In this document: piece by piece, positions 13,913-25,784 of the stretch
How positions within the stretch are numbered: position 1 is the first letter of the stretch
How the letters are laid out: each line of letters begins with the position of its first letter
Source: Trichosphaerium sp. ATCC 40318
Taxonomy: Eukaryota > Protista > Tubulinea
Direction of reading: 5' to 3'
Assembly (NCBI GenBank): GCA_038496445.1
Contig: JALMLS010000379.1
Location: 62,001 to 126,000, forward strand
Length of the DNA stretch: 64,000 nt
The notes under the pieces: model-generated
The model's input: only the letters and a program-made list of their open reading frames with translations
Databases searched by the model: none
Told to the model about the DNA's origin: nothing
Translations under genes and position numbers: made by a program

Positions 13913-16900
13913 TTAAAACCCTTCAATTTTATCATACCAATTGCGTAATTGGGTGAGGTTATCTTTAATGTCGTCGTAGTTCTTACATTTCTCTTCAAAC
14001 CATGTTGTGGTACGACCACCGCCAAGATGGAAAGGATTGAAATTGTACTTAGTAAAGATAGACCAACCAGTAGAGGAAGTAGCGCCAATAGGATTAGCAT
14101 ACCAACCTATCAAATGTAAGAACTTGTATGGTAGATTTCTTGTTTGTTGAAAACACGTGACAGCAAAAAAAACCGCACCCCATGGAATAAAGAATCTAGC
14201 ATTTGCGTAAAGGTAAGATCCATCTACTTGCATAAGACCACCACCGCACCATGTGCCATCATCGCAAGGTTCCATCTAGTTTACATAAGAAACAAGAACA
14301 AAAAATGTTGTTTCTCGTACTTGTTTGCTCATCCAGAATAGCATGTTGTCTGCATCCTTGGTTAAGCTGGCTGCCCAGTCTGTTTTTCCTTGTCTATTAT
14401 ATTCATCTGCAAGTTTACGGCACATGTTTACAGCACCGAAAGACCATTCACCAGACCATATTGGATTAGTACCGTGCTTTACAGTGTAACCTAAAATATT
14501 CCTTTAGATTTTGTACTTTTTTTTTTCGAATTCAATGAGCTCAGAACACAAAAACTTAAAGGTATTTTATAGGATCAGGAGGAAACGTACCGACGCCAGC
14601 CAATTCTCCGTTGAAGTAAACACCAGACAATTTCTTGGCATTTTGCCAAACTTGATAAGCAGTGATACCGAGCTAAAGAAAAAAACGTGAACACAAAGTT
14701 TGCACGATAAGATAAAATCATATTTAATTCTTACGTCACTGTATGACTCATCAAAGATTTTAGATCCAGTTACTGTCATACCCCAAGTCTAAAAACATAA
14801 AAAGTTATTATGACGTCAACTTTAAAAAATCACAACAAAAAGATATTTATTTTTCAATAAAAAAAAGTTCGTTATCGGTACCTGACAATCAATAGCGTAA
14901 CCTTGTGTTCCGTTTTGAGGTGTAAAACTACCACCAAAAGTGACGTGTCCACCTTGGAATACATACTTCATGCCCTCTGTACGAAGATGTTAAAAAAAAT
15001 ATCGAACAACAAGAAACGCTTTTTGTACCTATTTCATAACCAGGCATCACAAGTTTGGACTTGAACCAACTTAACAAACCGGCTTGCATGTTTTTAACAT
15101 CAGTTAAACCTTGAGTAAGAACAGTATCTCCACCACCGACATAGTAAGTCTCAAGTGTATACTCGAGAGCAAGAAGAGCAGCGTAAGCAGAAAAGTTGTT
15201 TTCGTTTGATACGTTAGTTGCCTCATCAGGATCAGCTGGGAACATTTCCGTTCCTATGGTTAGGTAGTTAGTTTAAGATGATATGGATAGTTAAAATGTG
15301 TACCGAGTGGGCAATGGTAAAGAGAACCAAGTTTTGTTGCAAGAGCCTTCATGGCTGGTAAGATACTCAAAGCGAGTTGGACTTCGGCTGGAGCTTTATC
15401 AAATGTCTCAAACTTGGTAATATTCGAGCATTCTTTCAAATACATCACTTGAAGAGGTCCCAAAATAGCACCCCATACGTTTTCTCCAGTAATAGGTTTC
15501 CTAAGAGAGCATTAAAGAAAGAAAAATTGAAGAAAGTCGTTTTGTTGTCGTAACAACTTAAATCCAATAAAAACGCACCAGTCATTCCAATGAACCATAC
15601 CAGCAAGATTCCAAGGTGTAGTGGTATCATTGTTAGGTCCTGCTGGAGGAACTTTCCACATCCAACCTTTCTGCCGTGAGAAAAATAGAAGTACAAAAAA
15701 ATCACGTGTTTTTTAATACTTACCGTAGTCACCGCTTACTGGGTCGTGCATTGCGTATTTTGGTCCTATCATACGATAAAAGTAACCACCGCCAACTTTT
15801 CTTTCTGCGACTTGGTCGCAACATTCACCACAACACGTTGGATCTTGTAGTTTTACCTGTAATGAAAAAAAAAGGGTTACGTGACAATTCGTGTTAACTT
15901 TACGACCAAAAAGAAAAGACTTGTGTAAAACAAAAACTTACGTGTGACATGTTCCCTGGTAGTTTTACTGATGCCAAGGCATCTCCAGATATTTTACTTG
16001 CGCCATACTTATACCTATAAAAGAGAAAAAAGGGTAAGTCTTTGCCACCCTTTTTGTTCAAAAACGGAGACAAAATACCTTGAAGCGATGGCTCTAATTT
16101 GAATTAATCCGCCAGCTTGTGCGTTAGCACCTGTAGTAGATTGATAAAGGCTGGAGCGAAGGTAAAGCTCAACCTATTTTTGTCAACCAACTTTTTTGGG
16201 CAGTTGTTAAAAATACGAACCAATCCTGCGTATCCTTCAAGAGCAAGGGCTACACTCCACACACCACCATCGTATAAATTCAAACCGACGTTAGTCAATG
16301 TACGTTCTTGTTGAGCAATAGCAGAGTCGAATGGTAGCATGTTACCGAAAGGATCAAAGGCACCTGACATAAGAAGTTAACTCCTGAAAATAATTGGACA
16401 TTTCTTTAAACTATTGCAAAATGAAGTACTTCACTTTGTTTTTATTTTTATCGAGTTAAAAAATATGCGTACCGGAAGCAAGGTATGTTGGAGAATACCA
16501 GAATGATTTACCAGTGCATGGTATCATGTCATTGTAACTCTTTGGCATGCCATCCTTAATAAGGGCAATGAGCCATTGTACTATAATATCACGTGAGCAA
16601 TCATTAAATGCTTCGACACTACAGTCATCTCCTATTTTTTTGTCTGGGAGAAAAGCATACCTTGTGGATTTACAGTCATGTTGACCTATAACAAGCACGT
16701 GAGCATAGAGGAATATCAAAAGGAAAAAGCAAGAGCGGAGATGTTTTTACGAAAAAAGAACGTACGTATTTATCATTTGTCTCAAGCTCATAGTCGTAGG
16801 CCTCATACGTGTACAGGCATTGTGTACCTAGGATACGAATACTGTTAGTTTTACAAATTTTTTTAACTTGCTCGTACCGGTCATAGCGTTAAGAATTTTT

Positions 16901-17067
16901 TCTTGTTGTTTTAGGTACAACTGTTCTTCAACTAGACCCATTTTGTAAGCTTCTGTAAGAAGTTGTAATTTCTTGATGTGTGGGTCATCTAACACTTGGC
17001 GAGGGCTTAGAGACGCAGATACAAGTACCGCGCATAGCAACACAAGCGCAAACGTGGTCAGTCTCAT
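13913..17067 (-). CDS. Secreted uncharacterised protein, possibly six-hairpin glycosidase-like
   Basis: Signal peptide MRLTTFALVLLCAVLVSA; motifs GLNLYDGGVWSVALAL, WNDWKPITGENVWGAILGPLQ, VSNENNFSAYAAL, AIDCQTWGM, YLYANARFFIPWGWYANPI; about 14 introns. The fold assignment is an inference. Confidence 0.7.
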
Positions 17068-17327
17068 TGTGGAGCGTTTGTAAATAGAAAAACCCAAAGC
17101 GGAAAATTCTTGAATTATTGCGGAAGAAAAACAAGAAATTTACAAAACATCTTATTAAACAACAACGAAGCAACTCTTGATATTCTCCGTCACATGATAC
17201 GCACGTGACATATTCTAAATAGAACAAATACCTATTCGAAAAAAATTTAATGTGACCCTGGAAAATCGAGCAGCCCTGGCACAGAGTGATTCTTTTTGCG
17301 TTGCCAAACCATTATTATCCAATAACC

Positions 17328-18590
17328 ATGGCCGAACAACCAAGTACCCTTAGCCATATGGCTAAACGCGTCAATGCTATCCTCACACAGGATGTTCCAG
17401 ACGAGCCTTTCCCTGCAGATGGTAAGGCTGCATGGAGACGCCTAATGGTACGAAATGGAGAGCTACTAGCGCGACACAAGTTGAACGCAGTGCCTTTTGT
17501 GATCTGTAAGAATATCTAATTGTTTGTTGTTATAGAGGGGTAATAGACACTTTGTTAGAGGCGATATGGGTAAGAAACGAAAAAAAAAAATCCAAATTTG
17601 TATGTTTGCATAGCCCTAATTTTCCATTCTAGTGCGTTACCTTCGTAACATGGCTGATGAGATCAACGCTACTGCGCGGTACGCCTAGTGCACAATTTGT
17701 CCTTTGTGCAAACCGTAGTGGAACAAAAAAGTGTAACGACTTTTCAGAAAAGAGCTTACAACTGGCCAACACCCTTATGCTACTATTATCACGTGCTCAG
17801 ATTCGCGTGTTTCTCCAGAAATTATTTTCGATGAGGCAAGTTAACGTATTTGAACGATATGTCTAAAATACCCCTAGGGTCTAGGAGAGATCTTTATCAT
17901 TCGCGTTGCTGGTAATGTCGTTGATAAGATAGCTTTGGGATCGATAGAATACGGCGTTGAACATCTCCATACCGTGAGTCTAACAATTTTAAACAATCCT
18001 AACAGTGTTTAGCCTCTTCTTCTAATTCTTGGGCACCAAGGCTGTGGTGCTGTAACGGCAGCGATGCAAGAAGGACCTGAGCCATCGCCTGGTGCGCTGT
18101 ATAGAACGAAACTCAGTTTCTAACTAATTGTTTGTTAGGCATTGCCGCAATCTTGAAAAAGATAAAGTCAGCTGCAGCAGAATCGCTCGATAAGTACAGC
18201 TGGGAAACCGAGAAAGAGCAAGCGCTTGGTAAGACAAACCTTCGATTGAGAAATAAAACCTAATGTTTGTTTAGACCACGCAGTACAACTGAATGCCTTA
18301 GAGACAATGCAAGATATTCTTAACCAATCTGAAGTATGCAAGAGGCTCGTTGATGAGGGAAAGCTTCTTATCAAAGTAGCAGAATACTATCTCGATTCTG
18401 GCAAGGTAAGATAACGTTAGCAACAGCTCAAGAGCTAATAGTTATACAGGTTGTAAATTTAGACACAACCGATGCTATGGATGAGATTGGTAGTCAAGGC
18501 AGTAACGCGAGTAACGCGAGCAACAAGAGCAACAAGAGCGACAAGAGTAACAAGAGCGACAAGAGCAATAAGAGCGACAAAAGTGACTAA
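17328..18590 (+). CDS. Beta-class carbonic anhydrase
   Basis: [37 protein letters not shown] and LGHQGCGAV (Cys/Asp/Arg and His/Cys zinc ligands); 8 introns. Confidence 0.95.
18501..18587 (+). repeat. 9-nt coding tandem repeat forming the carbonic anhydrase C-terminal tail
   Basis: agtaacgcg x2 followed by about 8 agc[a/g]acaag-like units, encoding SNASNASNKSNKSDKSNKSDKSNKSDKSD. Confidence 0.9.
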
Positions 18591-19116
18591 CGACAAGTAA
18601 CTAGAACAACAATCAAGTTTAGCAAGCATCACGTCAACAACAAAATAAAATCACTAACAATACAGAAAACGGACCCTAGTCGGTATAAACTTGCAGTTTT
18701 ATTAATATTAGCTTTGTTTTTTTTCAGGAGTTGTTGGTTTTTACAATCCACGTGACTGTGTAGTAAATATTCACGTGCACCATTTTTTACTAGCCAACTC
18801 GCTGATGTATTTTTTTTCTACAAGCAGAGCGTTGTGAGCACGCTGTAGCATGTGGGTGTAGTCAGTCAAGATTATTTACGACAAACAGAAAAAATCGTAA
18901 ACGTGTCTTTGGACTACTGCTAAAGCGTGCCACATTTGCCTTTTAGGTTTTTTGTTTTGTGTTGTTGTTCGGGGTGGTATTAGCCTATTTAATGAGAGGT
19001 TTGGTAATATTTTTTTGTTGTGTAGGGCGTTGGAATTTGATGATAAACGTAAAAGTCAGTTGATGTGAGACAGTACGTTGGTATGCCATCAATCCTCCTA
19101 GTTTTTTTTTGCCTTT

Positions 19117-19720
19117 CTATCTACTATTCCGAAGTAGGACCTTATCACCGCTCCTTTTCTTTTTAGGTCGTTTCTTTACCTTGTTCTCCAAACTCATGTC
19201 AGCAATTGCAGCTGTAATACGCTCATATTTGACTACGTTTCGCGCTTCTATATCATGTGTGCTGTGTGTAAGTTCCGCTGTCCTCTTTCGTAAGCGTTGG
19301 TATTCCCGCGTTAATTGGCGAAAGTGCGCATTGATTTGGTCTGTAAGGAAGTTAGACACAAATAAAATTTGTTTAAAATGCGTACCAAAGCTCATAGGCG
19401 CGTTACATGGTGACTGGTTATCGCTCTTAATGGTATTTGGTGATACGACAGTACTTGTAGTAGACTCAGTAATTTCGCCGTTTGGATTAGTTATACGAAT
19501 AGTGCAGAGGTTATGGGCACTTTGTAAAATCATCATAGGCTGGCTGTGTTCGTTGATGAGTTGTGTACTTTGGGCGGTAGTGGTTTTCACTGTCAAAATC
19601 GTTTGGGCAATAACTCGTTTCTTCAGCTTGTTTCGAAGAGTTTACGTCGCTCAACTGCCCATACGGGAAATTTACTGGAATCTGTGGTTGTTTTAGTTTA
19701 TTTAAAAGCGAACTCTTCAT
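19117..19720 (-). CDS. Hypothetical protein with coiled coil and basic C-terminus
   Basis: Two overlapping ORFs joinable by a 49-nt GT-AG intron, plus a clear gtacgc...ctaac..cag intron. The start codon is uncertain. Confidence 0.5.
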
Positions 19721-19721
19721 T

Positions 19722-22425
19722 ATGGCGCAGGAAAAGCAAAAGTTAGCTATGATTATATTATCTAAGCACTTTGGACCCATTGTAGCGGTAATTATATGAA
19801 TTGTAACGAATCTTATTTAATTTGAAAATAGAGTGTTGGAAACGTCCTAGCAAGTAATATGAGGCAAACAGACGTTACAATTATCGAAACCACTAAACTG
19901 CCTCGAGAAAAGGTGCGTAGTTAACCTTTTAATACCAAAACACTTCGTTTCGCTTTTAATAGCCTCAAGCCCGTTACTTCTGCTTTGCAAAAGCTTTTTT
20001 TTTGACTCTTTAGCGTTAACCTTCTAAAAATACGTTCAAAGGTAGCAGAAGCGCTAGTTGTTGGGATTGTACATAATTTTATTACATTTGAAACAGTATC
20101 TGCTGTACATGGGCCAGGTGGAACAGAAACTTATTACAAAATTGACTTGGATAATGTTCTCATTCGATTACGCTTTGCAAAGCTTGTTCAAATCGCAAAA
20201 GATAAATATGGTGACCACGTGCGTTCAAACAAATCCTACACGTGACATACGTGGCTCAAAAATGGCAGGTTTGTTAAAGGTTTTTTTTTGTTTTAGGCAG
20301 AATTGATCATTGAAGAGTTACTCAGCATTGGTACTTGTAAATTGGCGAGATTGATAGAAATATGTAAAGAAATAAGAAAGGAAATAACTGAACAGCACTA
20401 CAATGGTAAGGAGATACAAAACAAGCATGTCAAAACAATATTTTGGCGATTCCTGTTTTTTCAAAATGTGTCAAACAATACTGACATATGTCATTTAGAG
20501 GAACAAGAAAATAATGAGTTTAATGAAATCTTGGCACATTTGGTACTTTTTTTTTAAGCTTGAGCTAGCATTCAATTCTTAATTTAGCTTTGTTTAGAAG
20601 CGTCAAAGGTTTATCACAAAGGTTGGCGAACCAAAGAAAGCAGAATCAGACGATAAAGATAAAAAGGGAGATAAAAAGAAACCGGGTAAAAAAACAGCTA
20701 CAAAGGTAATAAAACGCATCAAAAAAATAAATTTCAATTTCGCTAACGTTTTAACCTGTGTTTAGAAGCGTAAGCGCGATACAAAATCATCATCACCAAA
20801 AAAGAGAGCAAAGAAAACGTCTAAGAAACAAGCCAAAGAATTAGAAGAGAATGATGACCACATCGCTCCAGAGATGAGATTTGCTCATCTACTTAACCCA
20901 GATGCTCCTCCACCACCAGAGGAGCTAGTACGTGGTACGCTAATCTTTAACAAATGAAGTCTTTTAGTCTTCACAACATTCTTTTATATTTATTTTGAGT
21001 AGCTCCTGTGGCGCCAAGGAAACCTAAATCTAGAGTTCCAAATGCCGCATTAGACGATGCTGAGTGGAGGGTTAATTATGCGCGATTCAGTTACGAAAGT
21101 TGTATTGAGGTGAGCGATAAAAACGGTTTTGTTCCTGCTCTATTTTATTCTCATTTTTTTTTTTTAACTCTTTTTTTTAAAGCACTGTATTCGCTGGGTT
21201 CAGAGAAGACTTGATTCAAAGAGTGCTAGGATTATAAGAGCTATGTTTAGTGTTATTGAAAGGGAAGGAACAAGTGCAAAACTAGGTATTATTGTTACTG
21301 TCGTACCTTAAATATTAACCCTTTTAGCTGTTGTATCTGATAAGAAAATCTACAGAGCACTATGTGATATTGATGCCAGTCGTCAGGACTCCAAACCTGT
21401 GACACTCAGTGGTGTACAGCATTACTTGAGTATTATGGCATCTGATGTTACAAGAATTGTGTTGGCTCAACCTGCCATTAATGATAGCAAACAATACACA
21501 GCCAGTATCCCAACAATAATTTTTCTTTTCATTCTTCTATTACCTCTTATTTGCGCACTTGTTTGCTTTCACTCTTTCTTTGATATCAGTGGTATGGCTG
21601 CGCGAATAAGAATAGCAGAAGTAGAATCCGTAGTTAGAAACAAGTTTGGCGTAAGAAGCTTGCGTTTGTTCAGACTCATTAGAGAAAAAAAATATATTGA
21701 AGAAACTCAGGTAAAGAAGCAGTTTATTGTTTATTCGTAACGTTCTAAGTACTTTGTTTCTTAGATTGCGGATTCAGCTATGGTTCCTATACAAGAGTGC
21801 AGGGTTGCTTTGTTCAAAATGTTACGAGCAGGATACCTTCATCTTCAGGTACAAGAAGTGGACATTATGTGAAAAAAGAATTTATTTATTGTCGTCAAAC
21901 CTTCTCTCCCATGCTCACGCTTTTCCAAATTAGGAAGTACAAAAAGCTAGAAAGGATGGTAAAATACTATGCTTGTGGGCTGTTAAATTACCAGGTACTT
22001 TTAACATACCTCTATTTGCGAAAGACTACACTCCAAGTCTTTGAATTGTTTTCCTAATTCACAACGCTTACCCTCTTTGTTTTTAACTAGAGGTTCAATT
22101 ACTCGTTCTGTCTGAAGTTTATAGAGCAATTAAGAACCTAAAATTACGATCTGAGCATGAACTAGAAGAAATGACAGGTACTGTACAAGCCTCTTTTTTT
22201 TGTTTTCTTCAAGCCATATTCGGAATTCCTTGTTTTTGCTCATCGCATCCTGTTTTAGAGTTAAATGGTAAAGCTGAGGCAGCGTATAATAATCCAGAGG
22301 AGGTTACGTTAACAGAGCAAGAGGAAACGCAAGTACAAAACGCGGAAATCTGCCAACAAAATATTGAAAACGCTATTCTGGCACTAGATGATACATTAAT
22401 GACACTCCGAGACTACCCATCGTAA
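19722..22425 (+). CDS. POLR3C: RNA polymerase III subunit C3 (RPC62/RPC82)
   Basis: MAQEKQKLAMIILSKHFGPIVASVG, LIIEELL, WRVNYARF, ESVVRNKFG..RLFRLI..KKYIEETQIADSAM, GYLHLQEV; about 13 introns. Confidence 0.9.
21505..21582 (+). other. Candidate U12-type intron with non-canonical GT-TG termini in POLR3C
   Basis: Starts GTATCC and ends ...ctttcactctttctttg. Removing it gives YTANISGMAARIRIAEVESVV, colinear with the RPC62 YVINLHKALASLATATLESVV region as recalled. Confidence 0.6.
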
Positions 22426-22550
22426 TTAGAGAAGTGTTCAGGCACAAAATAAAATTTGAAGCTTTTCGGTTCCAGTACGCAAATTGGGTTATAATATTGT
22501 GGTAACGCTTGTATTGCGTTCAAAAGTACTATTTAATTAAACGGTGAATT

Positions 22551-22922
22551 CTACATGGAGATCAGTTTCGAGACTAATAGTGCAAACTCTTCTACATTCA
22601 GCTTGGCGTCATCGTTCTTATCTATAGACGCTAGAATCGCCTTACTTCGGTCTGGGCTTATAACCATACCCATTTTTCTATTTTTTTAGTGTTAGTTTTA
22701 CGCATTACGCTATTGAGAGGTTGTTTTTGGCGCTTTTAGCGCTAAAATAAATTATTGGGCGTACTTGTACAATGCCTGAAGTTCAGTGGAGTCAATTGTT
22801 CCGTCACCATTTGTATCCACCTCTTTAAACGCTCGCTCTATTTCCTCCTTTGTCACTAAACTAACAATTAATTCAAGTTTACCCAAAACAAGTGTTTATT
22901 CCAACAATGTCGTACAACTCAT
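22551..22922 (-). CDS. Small two-EF-hand calcium-binding protein (about 70 aa)
   Basis: MSLTKEEIERAFKEVDTNGDGTIDSTELQALYKKMG..IDKNDDAKLNVEEF; 2 introns; absent from the ORF track. Confidence 0.88.
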
Positions 22923-23376
22923 TGTAGGGTTTTTTTATAACGTTATAATGGTAGTTTAGCTGTAAACTGTGCTGTTGGATTAGTGGTTTTTTTTATGTAT
23001 TGACTTGTTTTGAACTACGCTAGCAGCCATACCACTTGGTTCATTGGTTATTAAACAAGGCTAAAAAACGACATTTGGGTTTGTTTGTTTGTGTTTTGTT
23101 TATTGTTGTGATCAATCTACTGCAAGCACTGATAAAATACCACAATATAGATCAGGTACAGTCGCGGACACCATGGAATTCCACATTTCGCCAATATTGT
23201 AATTTTGTTAATTTGTACAAATTACAGTTTTTTGTAATTTATTCGTACATTTCGCCATCAGAAACAAAAACAATAATACCACTACTATTACTGTATTCCG
23301 TCGGTAATTTTAAACCAATATTTTAATATAACAAGGCCCCAACTAACGACACATTACAAAAAAGTCACCAATATCA

Positions 23377-24613
23377 ATGGCGGGCACACGGGCGATGCTA
23401 TTACAGGAGGCTCACCTCGCCCAACAGACATCCAGAATCCCAGACATGGCAAACGCCATGATCGCTCTGGGGAATATGGGAAACGGATTCGATACAGACG
23501 AACGCGATTTATTCAGTCGGGCATGTAGGAAGCGCGTGGGTCAATGCCAAGGTGAGTTTTTAGGTTAAAACAGGCACTACAAAATACCCTATTTTTTTTT
23601 CAATGTTTGTTTTTTTTTGATTTCCTCAATACAGACGCATTTGTTATCACCATAAACGTGATAAATTGACAATCACGTTTATTTTTTTCGTTCCTAACAT
23701 TAATTGAAAGGAAAAAAAAAACCCTGACCTGTTCGTTTTCTCTGTTGGAAAAATGTCTTCGCCAATAAAAAAAAAACTTGTACAAAAAAAAAAATTTAAG
23801 AAGCAAACTAAAAAACCGCTCACACAAAATTCAAAACGTGAAAGAAAAATTATCACGTTTCCAAAATATTCCTTTATATTTTATTATTTTTTTTACCCAA
23901 GCCAAAAAAAATGTACGTCAGTTTATTTTGGATACATCCAAACGCATATGGAACGAAAAAAACCGGAAAAACAAATGGACCATTGTGGGTTTTTTTTTCT
24001 CTCTTTTTTTTTTTATTTCGTTTTTTACTCTTTATGTACTCACTCTCCTCTTTTAGCTTCCCTTCGCGCCATAACTACATTACTAGAACGTGAGCGTGAT
24101 AACAACGAAAGCTCTGTAAAGCTTGACCTAATCGAAAAATACAAGGATAAACTCTACGCTGAACTTCATACACTTTGTACACAAGTACTTGATGTTTTAG
24201 CAAACCGTGTTATACCTGTTACAAAAAATATCGAGGACCTTGTCCTCTACCATAAGATGCAAGGTGATTATTGGCGATACCTTGCGGAGTTTGGAAATAA
24301 GTCAAAATGTAGAGAGTACGCAAATAGAGCACATGCAGGGTACGAGAAAGGTCTTAATATTGCCGCATCAAAATTACAACCAACAAATTGGGTTCGTCTT
24401 GGTCTTTTGAACAATTTTTCAGTACTTTACTATGATGTACTCGATGATACTCAAGAGGCAGTTTTACACGCAAAGACTGCTTTTGACGAAGCTATAAGGA
24501 ATATAGCGGAGGCTAATTTTGAAGAAGAGCCATTTGATCTGACAATGCAGCTTTTAAGAGAGAATATCGCTTTATGGGAGAGGGAACAGCCAGAAGGAGA
24601 AAGAAGACGCTAA
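23377..24613 (+). CDS. Divergent 14-3-3 family protein
   Basis: DERDLFS, KMQGDYWRYLAE, LQPTNWVRLGLLNNFSVLYY, AFDEAI, MQLLRENIALW; one long intron (23552-24056). Confidence 0.92.
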
Positions 24614-25784
24614 AGAGTAAGGATTGAGGAGGGAGAAAAAGAAATTGATAGATTACATTGAAGAAAGAGAAGATAGATGGACGGACTTTCTTCTTTTCTT
24701 CTTTGGTTTGTTTTTTTTTTCTTTCTACCTCTCGTACATTGTTGGCTACACGCACGTGTTTTTTGTAAAAGTCATGTTTTTGGATGGACCATGGTTTAAA
24801 GATAGGATTGGTTTATTTTATTGGGAAACCTTAAACGTCAAAGACGTGAACTTATACGTGGGAGTTTTGTAAAAAAGAGAAGAGATAAATTTTGAAAAAC
24901 GTTTTTTTGTTGGTACCTCGTTTTCTTTTTTGAATTTCCGTAAGCCTCTACTCACATATACGTAACTTGTTTTAATTGCCCATATCTTAGCAAATTACTT
25001 TAATTTTTAGGGAACAAACACGTGCGCAAAATAGTTTTTTATTTGTCAAACGTTTGCGATACAAATACGTTACGACGTTTGCGAACTATGTTGCATTTCC
25101 ATTGTTTCATCACTAATACTACTCTTGCTTAACACGATTGAATCTAAACCAACCACTCCATTCAACCCTTCAAAACTCACATAAGTTAACGATAAAGCAA
25201 TGAAACGTATGTCAACTAATGCACGACATGGGTTATTGAGCCAATGTATTAGGTGGGGGTACCACAAAATGGGCGTTTCTTGAAATGTACTAAACAATAC
25301 AACTTTAACAATCATGAACCAAGCTCACTTTTTATCGACACGAGGTGGAGATTGGTTACACATTTAAAATAACTAGTAAATCCAATACTGTTAAACCAGC
25401 CACCAATTGCTCTTTTTCGTAATTTGTATTCCGATTTTGCTTCAACTCATATCTTGTACTTCACGTTAATGAGAAAAATAATCTACTTATTTATTAACTA
25501 TTTACCTCATCGCATTTGCCCTCACCAATGAACCCATGCGCCTTATGTCTACGTGTTGTAAGTCAAGTAGAGAAGGTACCCAACCAATCAATAGTATTAC
25601 TTATAAAGGGCACAAAACACTAAAGTAATATCTTGTGGTATCCTACAGTTTTGCAAAACGCCTCCAACATGCAGCCAGTTTAAAGTAACGAAGTGGGAAA
25701 AAAACCTGGGAGACTGTTTTTTTTTAAAGTTGCATGAATATTTACAATTTTTTTGGGTGGATCAATAGTTTTTCGACTTGATAT

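Noticed and set aside
18501-18587. CRISPR-like or mobile-element repeat
   Set aside because: No spacers; a simple in-frame coding tandem repeat in a eukaryotic gene.
19109-19696. 195-aa plus-strand hydrophobic ORF
   Set aside because: Antisense shadow of the minus-strand gene; non-ATG start and no motifs.
23753-24056. Lys/Phe-rich N-terminal extension of the 286-aa 14-3-3 ORF
   Set aside because: It is translated intron sequence; the true N-terminus is the exon at 23377-23551.
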